Assembly: GCF_964355755.1 (NCBI RefSeq)
Contig: NC_092677.1
Location: 17,568,101-17,632,100, forward strand
Length of the DNA: 64,000 nucleotides
Direction: 5' to 3'
Source: Antedon mediterranea
Taxonomy: Eukaryota; Animalia; Echinodermata
Shown here: piece after piece, positions 52,640 to 64,000 of the stretch
Numbering within the stretch: position 1 is the first letter of the stretch
How the letters are laid out: the number at the start of each line of letters is the position of its first letter
Program-made: the position numbers and the translations under genes
Notes under the pieces: model-generated
Database searches by the model: none
What the model was told of the DNA's origin: nothing
What the model saw: the letters and a program-made list of their open reading frames with translations, nothing else

Positions 52640-54380
52640 ACTTGTGGTGGAAGAATGTGATTCAGCCGGTGCTCCCCCTGACTTCAGTTTTGTGAAACTT
52701 TCTGCTCATCTCCAGCAATCGGTCCTTGAGACAGGGTAGCCTAAGGAATTCCCTTGTCTCCCAGTAAGGGACTCCTGGCAGTATACACCCCACTGCACGT
52801 TTCTGTAGTTTTTTGATGGAATCAGCCTGTTTGTTAGTTAAGCCAGTGTACCAAAGCGGGCAGGCATATTCAATAACTGATCTTATAACCGTACAGTAAA
52901 AATATCTTAGAGTCTGGGGGTTAAGGCCAGCTCGGTTAAGTTGCTTTAAAAAAAGATCCTTACATTACACTTTTTAACAATATAGTCAATATGACCTTGC
53001 CAGGATAGGTTATCTTGGATCATAACGCCTAAAAGTTTGCCGTGGTTGACTTTTTCTAGTTCTACTTCATTTAAGACAAGTGAAGGTAAATTAGTTTTAA
53101 CACGTTTACAACTTATCACAGTTCTACAGTTTTCTTCTCATTAATTACCATATCATTATTTCTAGACCAATCAAATATGTTATCACATGCTATTTGCAAA
53201 CTTCTACTGTTATTGGAGGTGATAGTTTCTGAAACAGTTGTGTCATCCATGTATTTAATTAATGGAAGGTTAACATGGAGACTATTAATGAACACTAGAA
53301 ACGGACTGGTCCTAACCAAGATCCCTGGGGTACGCCTCCTCTGGGAGACAACCAAGAAGAAAAGTGTTTCCCTATTTTTACACGTTGGTAACGATTGCTT
53401 AGGAAGGATTCATTAACATTCATTTCTCTAAGTTTATTAATTATTAAGTTATGTTCTATTAGGTCGAACGCCTTTTTATAATCTAGGAGTAAGACTCTAG
53501 ATTCCTTTCCTTTATCCTTTTTTGGGGATAGGAATTACATCTGCACATTTCCATGCAGTTGGAACATAGGACTCACGGAGAGATGAGTTAGCTATGGCAC
53601 ATAATGGGGGAGCTATTATATTTGCATATTCTTTTAGAATCCAGGTGGGAATATCATCAGGTCCGGGAGCTTTGTTAACTTTTAGCTTACATAATTTGGT
53701 CTTAATAAGGTCTACGTCAATGATTAAGTCGTTGGGAACAACAACATTAAATAGAGGATCTGATATCACAATTGGTTGAAATTCATCAGTCAAAGATTTT
53801 AAAAAAATTATTAATGTCATTAGCTAGAAGTTCTGAATCACCATCATTGTTGACTAAATAGTTCAGCGGGTTAAGAGCTTGGCCTTTGTTTAGGATGCCT
53901 TTAGTTTTGCGCCACCAATTTTTTGAGTTCGTATTAAATAGCTGGGAGACTTCCTTCTGGTAATATTGTTTTTTCAATATTTTAGTAGCTCTTTTCACTG
54001 CATTTCGAAGAACATTATAAATATATGATTCCGTGTCATCTTGTTTCAATGCGGCTTGTCGTCTGCGAATAAGACCTTTATATTCAGCAGTTACCCATGG
54101 TTTGTCTGTGCTTGTCTTTTTGAATTCTTTTAAAAGGAAAAAACGGTCTGTGAGTTCACGAAGCACTCCACTGAAAAAATCATATTGAAGTTTGCATGAT
54201 TCTAATGCGAACAGCTCATGCCATCTAACGCTGTTTAGTTCTTCCGCAAATTGCAGCTTGGCTTCTTTGTTGACTAAACGTTTAGAAAAGATTAGTTTCA
54301 CAGGGGGATCAGTAACTACTTTCGGTTTGCATATAACAAAATGGTGGTCATCCGACAGACCAAGCGCAGGTTCTATATAA
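52640..54380 (-). mobile_element. Degenerate non-LTR retrotransposon (CR1/L2 group)
   Basis: KPWVTAEYKGLIRRRQ, KAPGPDDIPTWILKE, WKCADVIPIPKKG, LLDYKKAFDL, KYMDDTTV and VIRSVIEYACPLW, with internal deletions and frameshifts. Confidence 0.9.
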
Positions 54381-54824
54381 TTTTTTTGTTACAGAAGTGA
54401 ATACTCAATTTCTGTCACTTTAGTTAATTTATTGCTAAGGTCAAGTCTGGTAGTCACATCATCACCCTAGATATTTCAAGTGTGAAGTATCCTATTACAA
54501 ACACAAACTTTAATGGACTGTTTTGATAATAATTCAATGAATATCTGACAGTGAAATACAGTCAAAAGTCAGTATTATAGTCAAATGGGATAAATACCAT
54601 AAATGCTTTGGGATTTGTAATTTTAGCATGACATGTCCTAATAGACTCTTTTCCCAGACGTTTTTTGGGTCTAGCAGTTGAAATCTGACGACATTTTCGC
54701 AAAACTGTCGTCCTTGGATACTATAACTGCTGCTTGCTTTAGCAGCAGCGTGAAAAGCAATTTCAAGATCTGGAGAGCTGAGATAAGATCGATACACATC
54801 TAAATTGCTTTGAATTCTCGATCG

Positions 54825-55020
54825 TATGTAACACGAGGTGGCGCTTTAATTATACGCATGCGTAGTTAGGAGTATTACAACACACAACAAACAACTATCA
54901 ACAACCGTCGGATCACTGGAAAAAATTGCTTTCTTTTCACATTTTATTGCAATTCTGTGTTTCTTTATAGATGGTTGAATCATTTGTAATTAGCTTTTTT
55001 ATTGCGTTGCATAAATACCG
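54825..55020 (+). promoter_or_regulatory. Possible promoter or non-coding first exon of the RPGRIP1L-like gene
   Basis: Local CpGs, a CTCF-like GAGGTGGCGCT (about 54835) and an NRF1-like TACGCATGCGTA (54853). The ATG exon has its own acceptor at 56147-56148, so an upstream exon is required. Confidence 0.3.
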
Positions 55021-56164
55021 TGTAAATGCCTAGGCTAGGCCTAGGCCTATTTTCATTTCTAGGCCTACTAGCTAGGCCGCCCTACTATTAATGGCTAGCC
55101 TAGGCTAGGCCTAGCTAGGTAGGGCCAGGCTAGCAACTGTTAGGCCTACTAGAGCCTAGCTAGGGCCGCCTAGCCTATGTCTAGCCGGGGTCTGGGCCTA
55201 GGCATAGACTATCTCTACTCCACTAGCTAGCTAGAGGTCTAGCTAGTCTAGAGCTCAGAGAGAGGACTAGGCCTAGGCCTCGGGTTCACCTTCATTTTTA
55301 GTTTGGTACTGGTAGCCTAGCTAGGCCTAGGCTTGATAGTTAGCCTACTTTCTTACTAACTAGGACCTAGGCTAGTAGATAATAATTAGCCTAAACTAGT
55401 AGGCCTAGCCACTCCCTACTACTAGGCTATGCCTAGATGATAGGCCTAATAATTATAGCATTAATTAAAGACACATATTAATTATATTACCAGGCTGTAT
55501 TTGCATTTTACTAGCTTAATTAAAAAATGAATGCATATAAGCCTACAGGTAGCCTAATTACTGGAAAAATATTTCTTATTTTAAAATGTACGTTCTATTA
55601 TGGTTAAAATTATAAAGAAGAAAAAACAATGTACCCAAAGTGTAGTTTGTTCATTTATTTCCTGAACTAATTCGTTTACCCATCGATCAAACGTTCCTCA
55701 CACGAACAATGCAGCCTGCAAAAAAGAAAAAAAAAAAAAGTCATCAAGCAGAAAATCAAATTTCCGACCCCAGGTCCATAACCACAGTACACCGCTACTA
55801 TGCCAATCAGCCGGTCAAATGAATTGATACTTAACTCTGAATTAGTGTATTTTACATAAGCATTTTTAACTGGTGATCAAAACTCGGTTAACGTCAGTTT
55901 TCTATTCACAAATAGAAGGCACATAGTTTTTTAAAACCACAGATTATATTTGTTAATTTCCCCTAACATTATCAACAATTATTAAGTAAATATAATACAG
56001 TAGTAATAATAATATAATTGTTATTAAGTTGAAAGTATCAATAATTATTATTCATGTATAAATTAGTACTAAACCTATAATATAGTGCATAGCATATGTG
56101 TAATACTAGAGTATGTATAGATACTAAACAGTAATTTATTATTTGCAGTATTCATAAGGCAGCC

Positions 56165-59100
56165 ATGGATACAGATGATGTTCCTGTTCGAGATCCTGGT
56201 GCGGGCCCGTCACATGGAGGTGCATTAGGGCCTGGTAAGAGATTAAACATTTTTGTTTGGTTAATTTTCTAAAGCTCTGTCTAGACTATCAAACTAGTTT
56301 GGCAAAACAACTGTGATGTGCCCAAATATTTTTATTTTTTATTTTTTTTTATTTCATCATATAATACATTACAAAGGAAAAATATAATCAAAAAAAATTG
56401 CACTCCAGTTTTTTCTGAAATTTTTTCCTGGAGGAGTTCCATATCCTTTTTACTATTGGACAATTACAGAACAAATGCTGAATGGTTTCGATTTTACCAT
56501 CTCCAAATGAGCACATTGAATTTTTTTTTATATTCATTTTAAATAATTGTTCATTTGTTGCAATTATTCTATTTACAATTTTATATTGTGCCCAAATATG
56601 GTAGTAATATGACGTCATCATGTCCATATATGGGCACATTACATTTATATGTCACATAAAGTTTAATAGTGTAGACAAAGCTTAAAAGCAATTAGCAAAG
56701 ATATTTAAAATAAAAAAGATGAATGTTTGGTATGTTTATTTAAATCTTTATTGTTTGTATTGTTTCCAGGAGATAGTGAGCAAAGACGGGCAAAGGAACG
56801 GCGTGCCATATCCAAGATAACCCGTGAAGAGCTGGAAGATAAATATTTACGACTGCACGATGAAAACTTGGTTCTCAAAAGACATGCAAGAAAACAAGAG
56901 GATAAAATTAAAAAGTAAATTAAAAAAGGGGGAAAATATATGCGGGCAAATTTGACTGTACAATGTCCGATTTAGGTGCTGAAATCGAGGCTTTACACCT
57001 AAATACCTAATTTTGTACTCTTTATACTACGGGAGGATATAGCCTTGATCAAACGAGTCGCTGTCCAAATTGACCAGCAAAAGTCGAATCTGAACGTTAG
57101 CTACAATTCCTTCAGGTTTAAATTAGTTAAGTCTAATGATTAACTTTACCAAACCATTGCCTGTCCAGTACAACTTAAAACTAACCAAGATGCTGTAGTC
57201 CAATGCCGCTGTTATTTCTTGTTAAAACCCTGGAGTTCTTTATGGTAAAACTAACCTTGTAAATAATGTGTATAATAATAATAGTGTGGACAAAGGTCAG
57301 CAGTACCCATGGCTTTGAGTAAAGCATTCAATTTACCATTTTTTAAAGGCCAGGTGCGGGCAAAAAATTTCTATTGATCATACATTCCAATAATTATCGA
57401 TCTATAGTTTCCCCTATGTTTCATAATTTTTGGGATTTTATTTGTGTTACATGAGCTTGTTGAAAATAAGCCCTTTCTTATCAGTGGGGGATAGTTCAAA
57501 TTACACAGTAAAATCTCTATTCTTTTGTACACACATTTTGTAAATAGAGAGGCTTTTTAAAAAGCTATGAAAAATAAATGGTGTGGTAAAAAATGTTATC
57601 AGATGACTAAATATAGGTAATATAACTTGAATATTACATTTCTGATATTTTTATTCAACTTCAGATTTTTATTTTCATGCTATAGCAAAAATTATCCACC
57701 GTATATCCACCATCTTTTTTCACCGTCTAGGGAGTCACCAGACATATTATTACATTAGGTTAACTACCTAACTACTGAAAAAAAGTCTTCCTGGTTTTTA
57801 TGGAAGAATTTCGCCAAATTTTGTATTTGACCATATTAAGGGAAATTCATGTTTTTTCGTCTCGATTTCTGTTACAAATATTTGATTTATGTACAATTAT
57901 CCAAATATTATATTTAAAATTCATGCCTGTACCTGAGCTTTAAGTTCAATGGCTTTTATCTATTTAAAAATCAGGATGGCTACAAAACTGCTCCGTCTTG
58001 TGAATGACAAGAAAAAACAAGCACCAGAAGGAGCAATGAAGAAAGGTCGAGATATTGAGATGGAGGAAATGCTTGATGATCTCCATACCAAAGTACGAGA
58101 ACTGACAAAACAGAACGATGCTTACAAGAACAAGGTTAGTATTTCATTACAACATTTATGTGAAAATTTATAGTGTACAACACTGACTTTCTGGCTTCCA
58201 GACCTCTTTTTTAGGTTCTGTCACGTATGCCAGAACTAGGTGCATCTTCTCAGCACTTCCCCATGAAATTGTACATGGGGGTTAACAAACATTTTAATTC
58301 AACACTGTTTTTGATGAGTATTATCGTTTCCGGCGCCTTGAAAAAACCAATATGACATTGTTTGCAGTGTCCAATCTAAGGGTTCAAATCCCAGTAACTG
58401 TAGGTTCACATTAACCCAGTTTCAGTTGGGAACACAGGCCTAAAAAGTGAAATACTGGATTGTTAGGCGTAGATGCTCGCTGCCTCGTTAGATTTTAATT
58501 ACACATTTGATATGTGTTTTTCGTGTAAGCGTGCATTTTATTTACATACTGTGAATAGCCAACAATTGGTAAAATCAATGATAACAAGTTCCTCTCTGAA
58601 TCTTGATTGAACCATGGATTAAAGAATAGAAGGATATGCATCGACGTGAGATCAAGGGTTCCTTGACTCTCGCCGACAGACCGCGGACCGCCCACAATGT
58701 TACAGTTTAATTAACCGCATGGTAACAACGAAACGGTCGCGTGCCTAATATATTGTTTACTGCACATGTGCAACGACATTTAACCTAGTTGACTACGCTT
58801 CTTTCGCGCGTTCTTTGTTGCACTGTATGTATTCATACATATTTGAACAGTATAATCAGTGGCGTAACGGCTATGTGCGCTCACTGGCTAAACCGAAGCT
58901 TGGGGCCCATGAGCAGTGCCCAGAGGAACAGGCATAAAATATGTCGAAAATGCTAAAAACGTCCGAGGCCTCGATCTTTGAAACTTGGAGGGCCACTTAG
59001 GTTTCTTAAAGAAGTGGCTTCAGGCCTCTGGCTCACGCCACTGAGTATAATGTTTATTGAAAACAGTTATAAAATTACATTGTATGTTATTGTGAAGACC

Positions 59101-62100
59101 CTAATGTAGGCCTACTTCATCAATATACCAGATAAAAACAATACTATATTGTTATTGGCTTAGAATTGTAGATGCTATAATTGTAATTAGTATAGGTTTC
59201 TGCCGCGATTGATCTACGCTAATGTTTTTATGACATTAAAGTAGCATTTTATGACCTGTAGTAGCCCTACATCTGAGACAATAACTATTTATTTGTTGTC
59301 TCAGCCTACATACATGTAAAATTACAAAATCAGCAAGGATACTAGGCCTAGGCTTACTAGTAAACCATATGTTTTGCCGACATTGATACTGCCTAGGTAG
59401 GCCTAGGCTAATATTAAGTGTAGTAGATACAACTTGTAATCATGATCTATATACTACTGTTGTCTTACTTCTTGTGTGAATAATAATAGGTACTTCGTTT
59501 GTTCGTGATTAAGTTTGCCCTGTGTGTACTTTTCAAAACGACCGCTAGGTAACGAATCGCAACTATACATAGCCAGCCAATCCCGGATCAGGGATCGCTG
59601 TTTTCATTCAATTAAACCCGGTGATTGGATGTGATGTGGATGACATAACCACTAGCCAATCACCAGGCACTACAATTTAAATATAATCACATCGATAATT
59701 AAAGAGATTTATGAAGAAACCACTGCTTAGCCATATATTAAAAACACGATTGTTGTATGGGTGAACACCGGCCACGCTAACAACATACATGGTCAAATGC
59801 ATAATTTAATATTCTATAGATTAACGCAATTTTTAATGAAAGAATATGGCAGGCAAATAATGATAATTCAAATATAAAAATTGCATATTTTATTAATATT
59901 ACCAACTACTTAAAATTACCAGTCGTAAGAAAGTGAACTTTTCGTAGTCCGATTGTGATGAAACTAAAACAGAATTATTCAGCAATATATTTTGGTTGTC
60001 AATTAATCATCGACGCAGACATGTCAATAGAACATTCAGACTGCGCATACGATTTCTACATGGTTACGTTTTGGTCTCAAAAAATGTAACAGTTGATTCG
60101 CAGCGTTTTACAGAGGGCCGCGGTTAGAGACATGGAGTTCAATGAGCGTGTTTGTTTGATTGGCAGCAGTGCTTTAGTATAGGCAAGCGCGTTGGAAAAT
60201 CGTTTGATGTCACCGTCGATGCATATCCTTCTATTCTTTAATCCATGATTGAACTAAGGTTTACTTTACTCAGTAGGAAATAGAAGATTAAATAAAATAA
60301 AACAAAGAAATTACAATATATTTTCTTTTTTGGGTCAAATTTTCAGTTAATGATAGCAAAGCAGCAGTTAGCGACACAGAGCAAACGACAGACATCTTAC
60401 CCTCATGTCCAGTCCAGAATTGACACAGTAAGTAGGATAATAGAATTGTAAGTTATTGGAGTTTGCCAACAATCATGACTTTGGTTTTTAATAGTTTTGT
60501 GAACATTGGCGAACTTACAAAATCGTACATTGTGGGATCATTTTTGCGGAGATGCGATTGAGAATGGATTCTCTCATTTATGATCAAAGCATTTATTAAA
60601 GCACAACATTTCTGTTTCTGCTCCTGCTCTTTGACATATAATTAATAAGTCTTTAATGCATATCATTTTTAATGTCTCATAACAGGGTCGAGCTAAGGCA
60701 TCACCAGACACAGGCAGACGAAATTCTAAACCACCCATAGATGATCGCAGGTATGTTTGATTTAAATAGTTACAATTTTCTCTGATTACTTTCTTTTCAT
60801 ATTAATATCTACATAAAGAGAGTGAACATAATTATTTGTCAATGATAATTGAACAAACAAGATGCAGTAGGCCTACTATAGTGATTTATTCTGAGCATAG
60901 GAGAATGAGCTGTGTTGTGGTAGAGTGGCCAGTTCCTTTCCATGCCGTCGGCGTCGTACTTGCCATTATTTTTTAACCAAGTATTCACATAAAACTGAAT
61001 TGAAGTCTAGTCTCTCTGCACAATAGCCATATCATTTGTCTTGCTGCATGACTCAAAACATATATACATGATATGTGGTATACTACAACCAATTGAATAT
61101 AATACATACTATTATTATGGCTTATTTAAATTGGCCCTTGTATGTAGCTGTAAACGAAAGTATGTACCCGGCTCAACATGAACTATTTTTTATTGAAAAG
61201 GTTAATTTGCTCCAATTATATCATACTAATAGGAAAGATGTCATAAATTTTGTTGAAGGTTTGAAATTAATTAGTTCATTAATTAAAAATGTTGTGTATC
61301 TTTATAGATCAGCAACACCTCGTGCATTCAGGCAGGATGTCCTTCCACGATATGGACACAGTCTGTTAGAAGAGGCTAGGGAAGAAAACAAACGATTGTA
61401 AGTTTTTGCTTTATTTTTTTTGTGTTGCAACATGGTTTAATTTAACCCCTGCTGAAATTCACTCATTCTGAGCATTCTGTGCAGCTGAAATAAATTGGTA
61501 AAATTGCGTTAGCCAATACGTACTCAAGCATAAACCCAGTCTTTGGTATAAGCCTTGTCTAATTTTTTTTTTTAAATGATTCAGATGTATAATAACAGTT
61601 TAACAGTGCTTGCCATTTTGAAATAGATTCTATGTTGTGCTTAATTCAGCCTGGAATAAAAATATTATTTGTTTTACTTTTTCAGAGAAGATTTCCTAAG
61701 TCAATTACAAGATCAAATAAATATTTTAGAAGATGACAAAGAAATGTTACAAGATCAGGTATAATACAAATAGTGAATATTTCATTCGCTGAAAGATTTA
61801 ATTCTTTATTTAATGAGGCGGAGCCGAGTTAAATAGAGCAGTCAATTTGTCAGCAAATGAAATATTATTGCCATTGAACATTCAGAACAGAACATTCATT
61901 ATTTATTTTATAACGCACCTACTGTTCTAAACTAAACCTTTATTCAATCAATCCATCTTAAATCATCATCCAAGGCTAGTCTAGTCAAAAATCAGTTCAA
62001 TAGTGCTGTTCATTATTGAAAATAATGAATGACATGTGATGAGATTAACCAATCAAATGGCAAGAATACAACCAGGTATGTTATATTACATTGATAACAT

Positions 62101-62215
62101 TTATTTTGCATTTGAATATGTTTAAAAACATTTTGCTTTTATAGATGCAGACAAGGGAATTAGAACATGATGAAGAAATATTACAATTAAAGCGAATGAT
62201 GAATCAAGGTCAAAG
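56165..62215 (+). CDS. RPGRIP1L: RPGRIP1L/fantom (MKS5) ciliary transition-zone protein homologue, 5' exons; continues beyond the window
   Basis: Exons 56165-56234, 56770-56914, 57975-58134, 60347-60427, 60686-60750, 61308-61397, 61686-61758 and 62145-62215 splice in frame with GT-AG. Motifs: [68 protein letters not shown]. Confidence 0.92.
56273..56682. mobile_element. Harbinger-like MITE (TAA TSD) carrying a LINE tail
   Basis: TAA|AGCTCTGTCTAGACTAT...ATAGTGTAGACAAAGCT|TAA. Confidence 0.7.
56330..56586 (-). mobile_element. 5'-truncated L1/Tx1-type LINE tail
   Basis: 13-bp TSD TGTGCCCAAATAT (56317-56329 and 56587-56599), A-rich tail on the - strand, and the motif [20 protein letters not shown]. 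Confidence 0.75.
58613..60247. mobile_element. P-superfamily-like non-autonomous element in an RPGRIP1L intron
   Basis: Perfect TIR CATGGATTAAAGAATAGAAGGATATGCATCGACG with 7-bp TSD ATTGAAC (58606-58612 and 60248-60254) and CAT..ATG ends. Confidence 0.75.
58857..59043. mobile_element. hAT MITE (187 bp) nested in the P-like element
   Basis: CAGTGGCGT...ACGCCACTG with 8-bp TSD AGTATAAT. Confidence 0.85.
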
Positions 62216-62439
62216 GTTAGTTGTTTGTTAAGCCATAGTTTTAGGAAATGTATTCTTGGTTGGTACTAGGATTTTGTTCCAGCAATTCAACATCACTATT
62301 ATGAGTCTGGTTTATAAAGCACTGGCTTCCCATCCTGTAGTTTGTGAGTCATGTGCTCAATTGTTGTTGGATGGTGTAAATATAAAATGATACATTTTAT
62401 GCACTTTCAACATCCTTTAATAATATCCTGGATTTATAT

Positions 62440-62697
62440 AACGCCTAATGTTGTGAAACCTCTAAGGGCTGAACATTATTACCCCGGTCAACACGTATGG
62501 AAACATACTCCCATAATGCAGCTAGTAATCAGCGCAAAGTAGTGTCTTAATCTAATCGGGTACCCATTTATACACCTGTGTGGAGAGAGGCAAACGTAAG
62601 TATCTTGCCTAAGGATACAAGCAATGCGGCAGAGTTGGATCTGAACCGCGATCTCATGATCAGTAGTCCAACGTCCAACACACTGCGCCACACACCC
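62440..62697 (-). mobile_element. tRNA-derived SINE
   Basis: Minus strand: A box GTGGCGCAGTG..GG, B-box-like GGTTCAGATCC, then TCCTTAGGCAAGATACTTA..CTCTCCACACAGGTGTATAAATGGGTACC, resembling a conserved SINE core. Confidence 0.7.
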
Positions 62698-64000
62698 TTA
62701 CATGCGACACACACCCTTACACTGTGATTTTTTTTAAACTGAACTAATTTATTTGTTTTCCTTCAATTTATGTAGTAGTCGAAACAAATTTCGGCTCTGT
62801 ACTGCTTAGATCAATGTTGTTTACTATCTGTATTTTTTGTGTTAGACTTATACAGTACAATATTCTTTATGCATTTTCTTAACATGGCAACTCTTAATTC
62901 TTTAACTTTTCAACAGAAAAACAGCCAGGTAGGTAGCCCACATCACAAGCACATATTGCATGCGTGTCCTAACATTCCTAATTATTTTTTATTTTTGTTA
63001 GTGATGTTGTTTTTTGGATAGATATTAACACAAAAATTACCTGACAGTATTTTCTTGCTTTACTCCTTTTGCTAAAAAATGAAACAAATACTTTATTGAA
63101 ATGGAGTATATGGATTGTTTCCTGGTATGTAGCGCCCACAGATACCCTGCTCCTCCCTTGCTCACAAACAGGAAAGCACTCGAGAACTGTGCTGGGCTGA
63201 GATGCCAATAGTTATTTTTTTAAGGCCTTCCAACCATCCTAATTTTAATACAGCACTTACACAAGAAACCTTTCCCCCTCATAACCACTCTAAGACTTTG
63301 CCATCCCTGAGCACTATATACAGTAAATGATCTCCTTAAAATGTTGACTACCATTGCTAAATTTGATGAATGTTTGGGGCGATTTTTTACAGGAGATTTT
63401 TAATGACAGTTTTAACCTAATCATATGTTTTGCATTTATCTGTTTGTGTTGTATAGTGTTTTTTGTTGTTGTATTGTCAGTCTGTATTGTTTGTGTAATA
63501 TACATACAAATAAATTAATATAATAATTCATTATGTTTGCTGATATATTAAACATCTGTATGAGACCATATTAGCCTTTACAAACAAATGTTAAAGGTTA
63601 CAAAAAATCCTAAATTACATTGTATACTTTTTTCTTTTACTAATTAAATTGAATTTTCCTATAAATGATAGAATATTATCATTAGTAAACACTATTTATA
63701 TTATTTATTAAACAGTATTGCAATAAACTTAAAATATTTTATAATTTTATATTAATATAAACCTCAACTTGTTAAAAAATTATTAAAAAATTATGTATTA
63801 TCAGTTCTTTAAATTGAGAACAGAAAGCTATACCATATATACATAAATAAAATAATAAAAAGTAAATTGACAATTATTTTTTTGAACCTTTTTAATATTA
63901 TACATAAATAATTATTAATTAATTATTATTATTATATTAATAAAGAAAATACTACATTTACTGTAGAATGATAAATATCTAATTTCATATTTCAATACTA

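Noticed and set aside
54534-54797. 87-aa minus-strand ORF as a divergent partner gene such as FTO
   Set aside because: No recognisable motif or convincing splice structure.

Overview
AT-rich animal genomic DNA with spliced genes and dense, nested transposons. An invertebrate deuterostome, probably an echinoderm, is inferred from the gene content only. From 1 to 25 kb it is mostly transposon debris: nested Helentron-type elements, Academ/Sola/Harbinger coding remnants, and an 8.2-kb MULE-type element that splits an RTE LINE and holds further insertions. From 26 to 52.3 kb on the + strand is a decayed candidate innate-immune locus: six one-repeat-per-exon ankyrin cassettes, a Roc-COR GTPase, a tandem DED-like exon, then a NACHT-LRR (NLR) region that starts at a splice acceptor. 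These may form one ANK-Roc-COR-DED-NACHT-LRR gene or two tandem genes. The NLR part is interrupted by a Transib (RAG1-related) transposon with RSS-like ends and by a Penelope retroelement. A (TA)n-embedded element with a tRNA-like unit and a candidate HDV-like ribozyme lies between the DED and NACHT exons. From 56 kb onward are the 5' coding exons of an apparently intact RPGRIP1L (fantom) homologue. All calls come from manual reading and motif recognition; no database searches were run.
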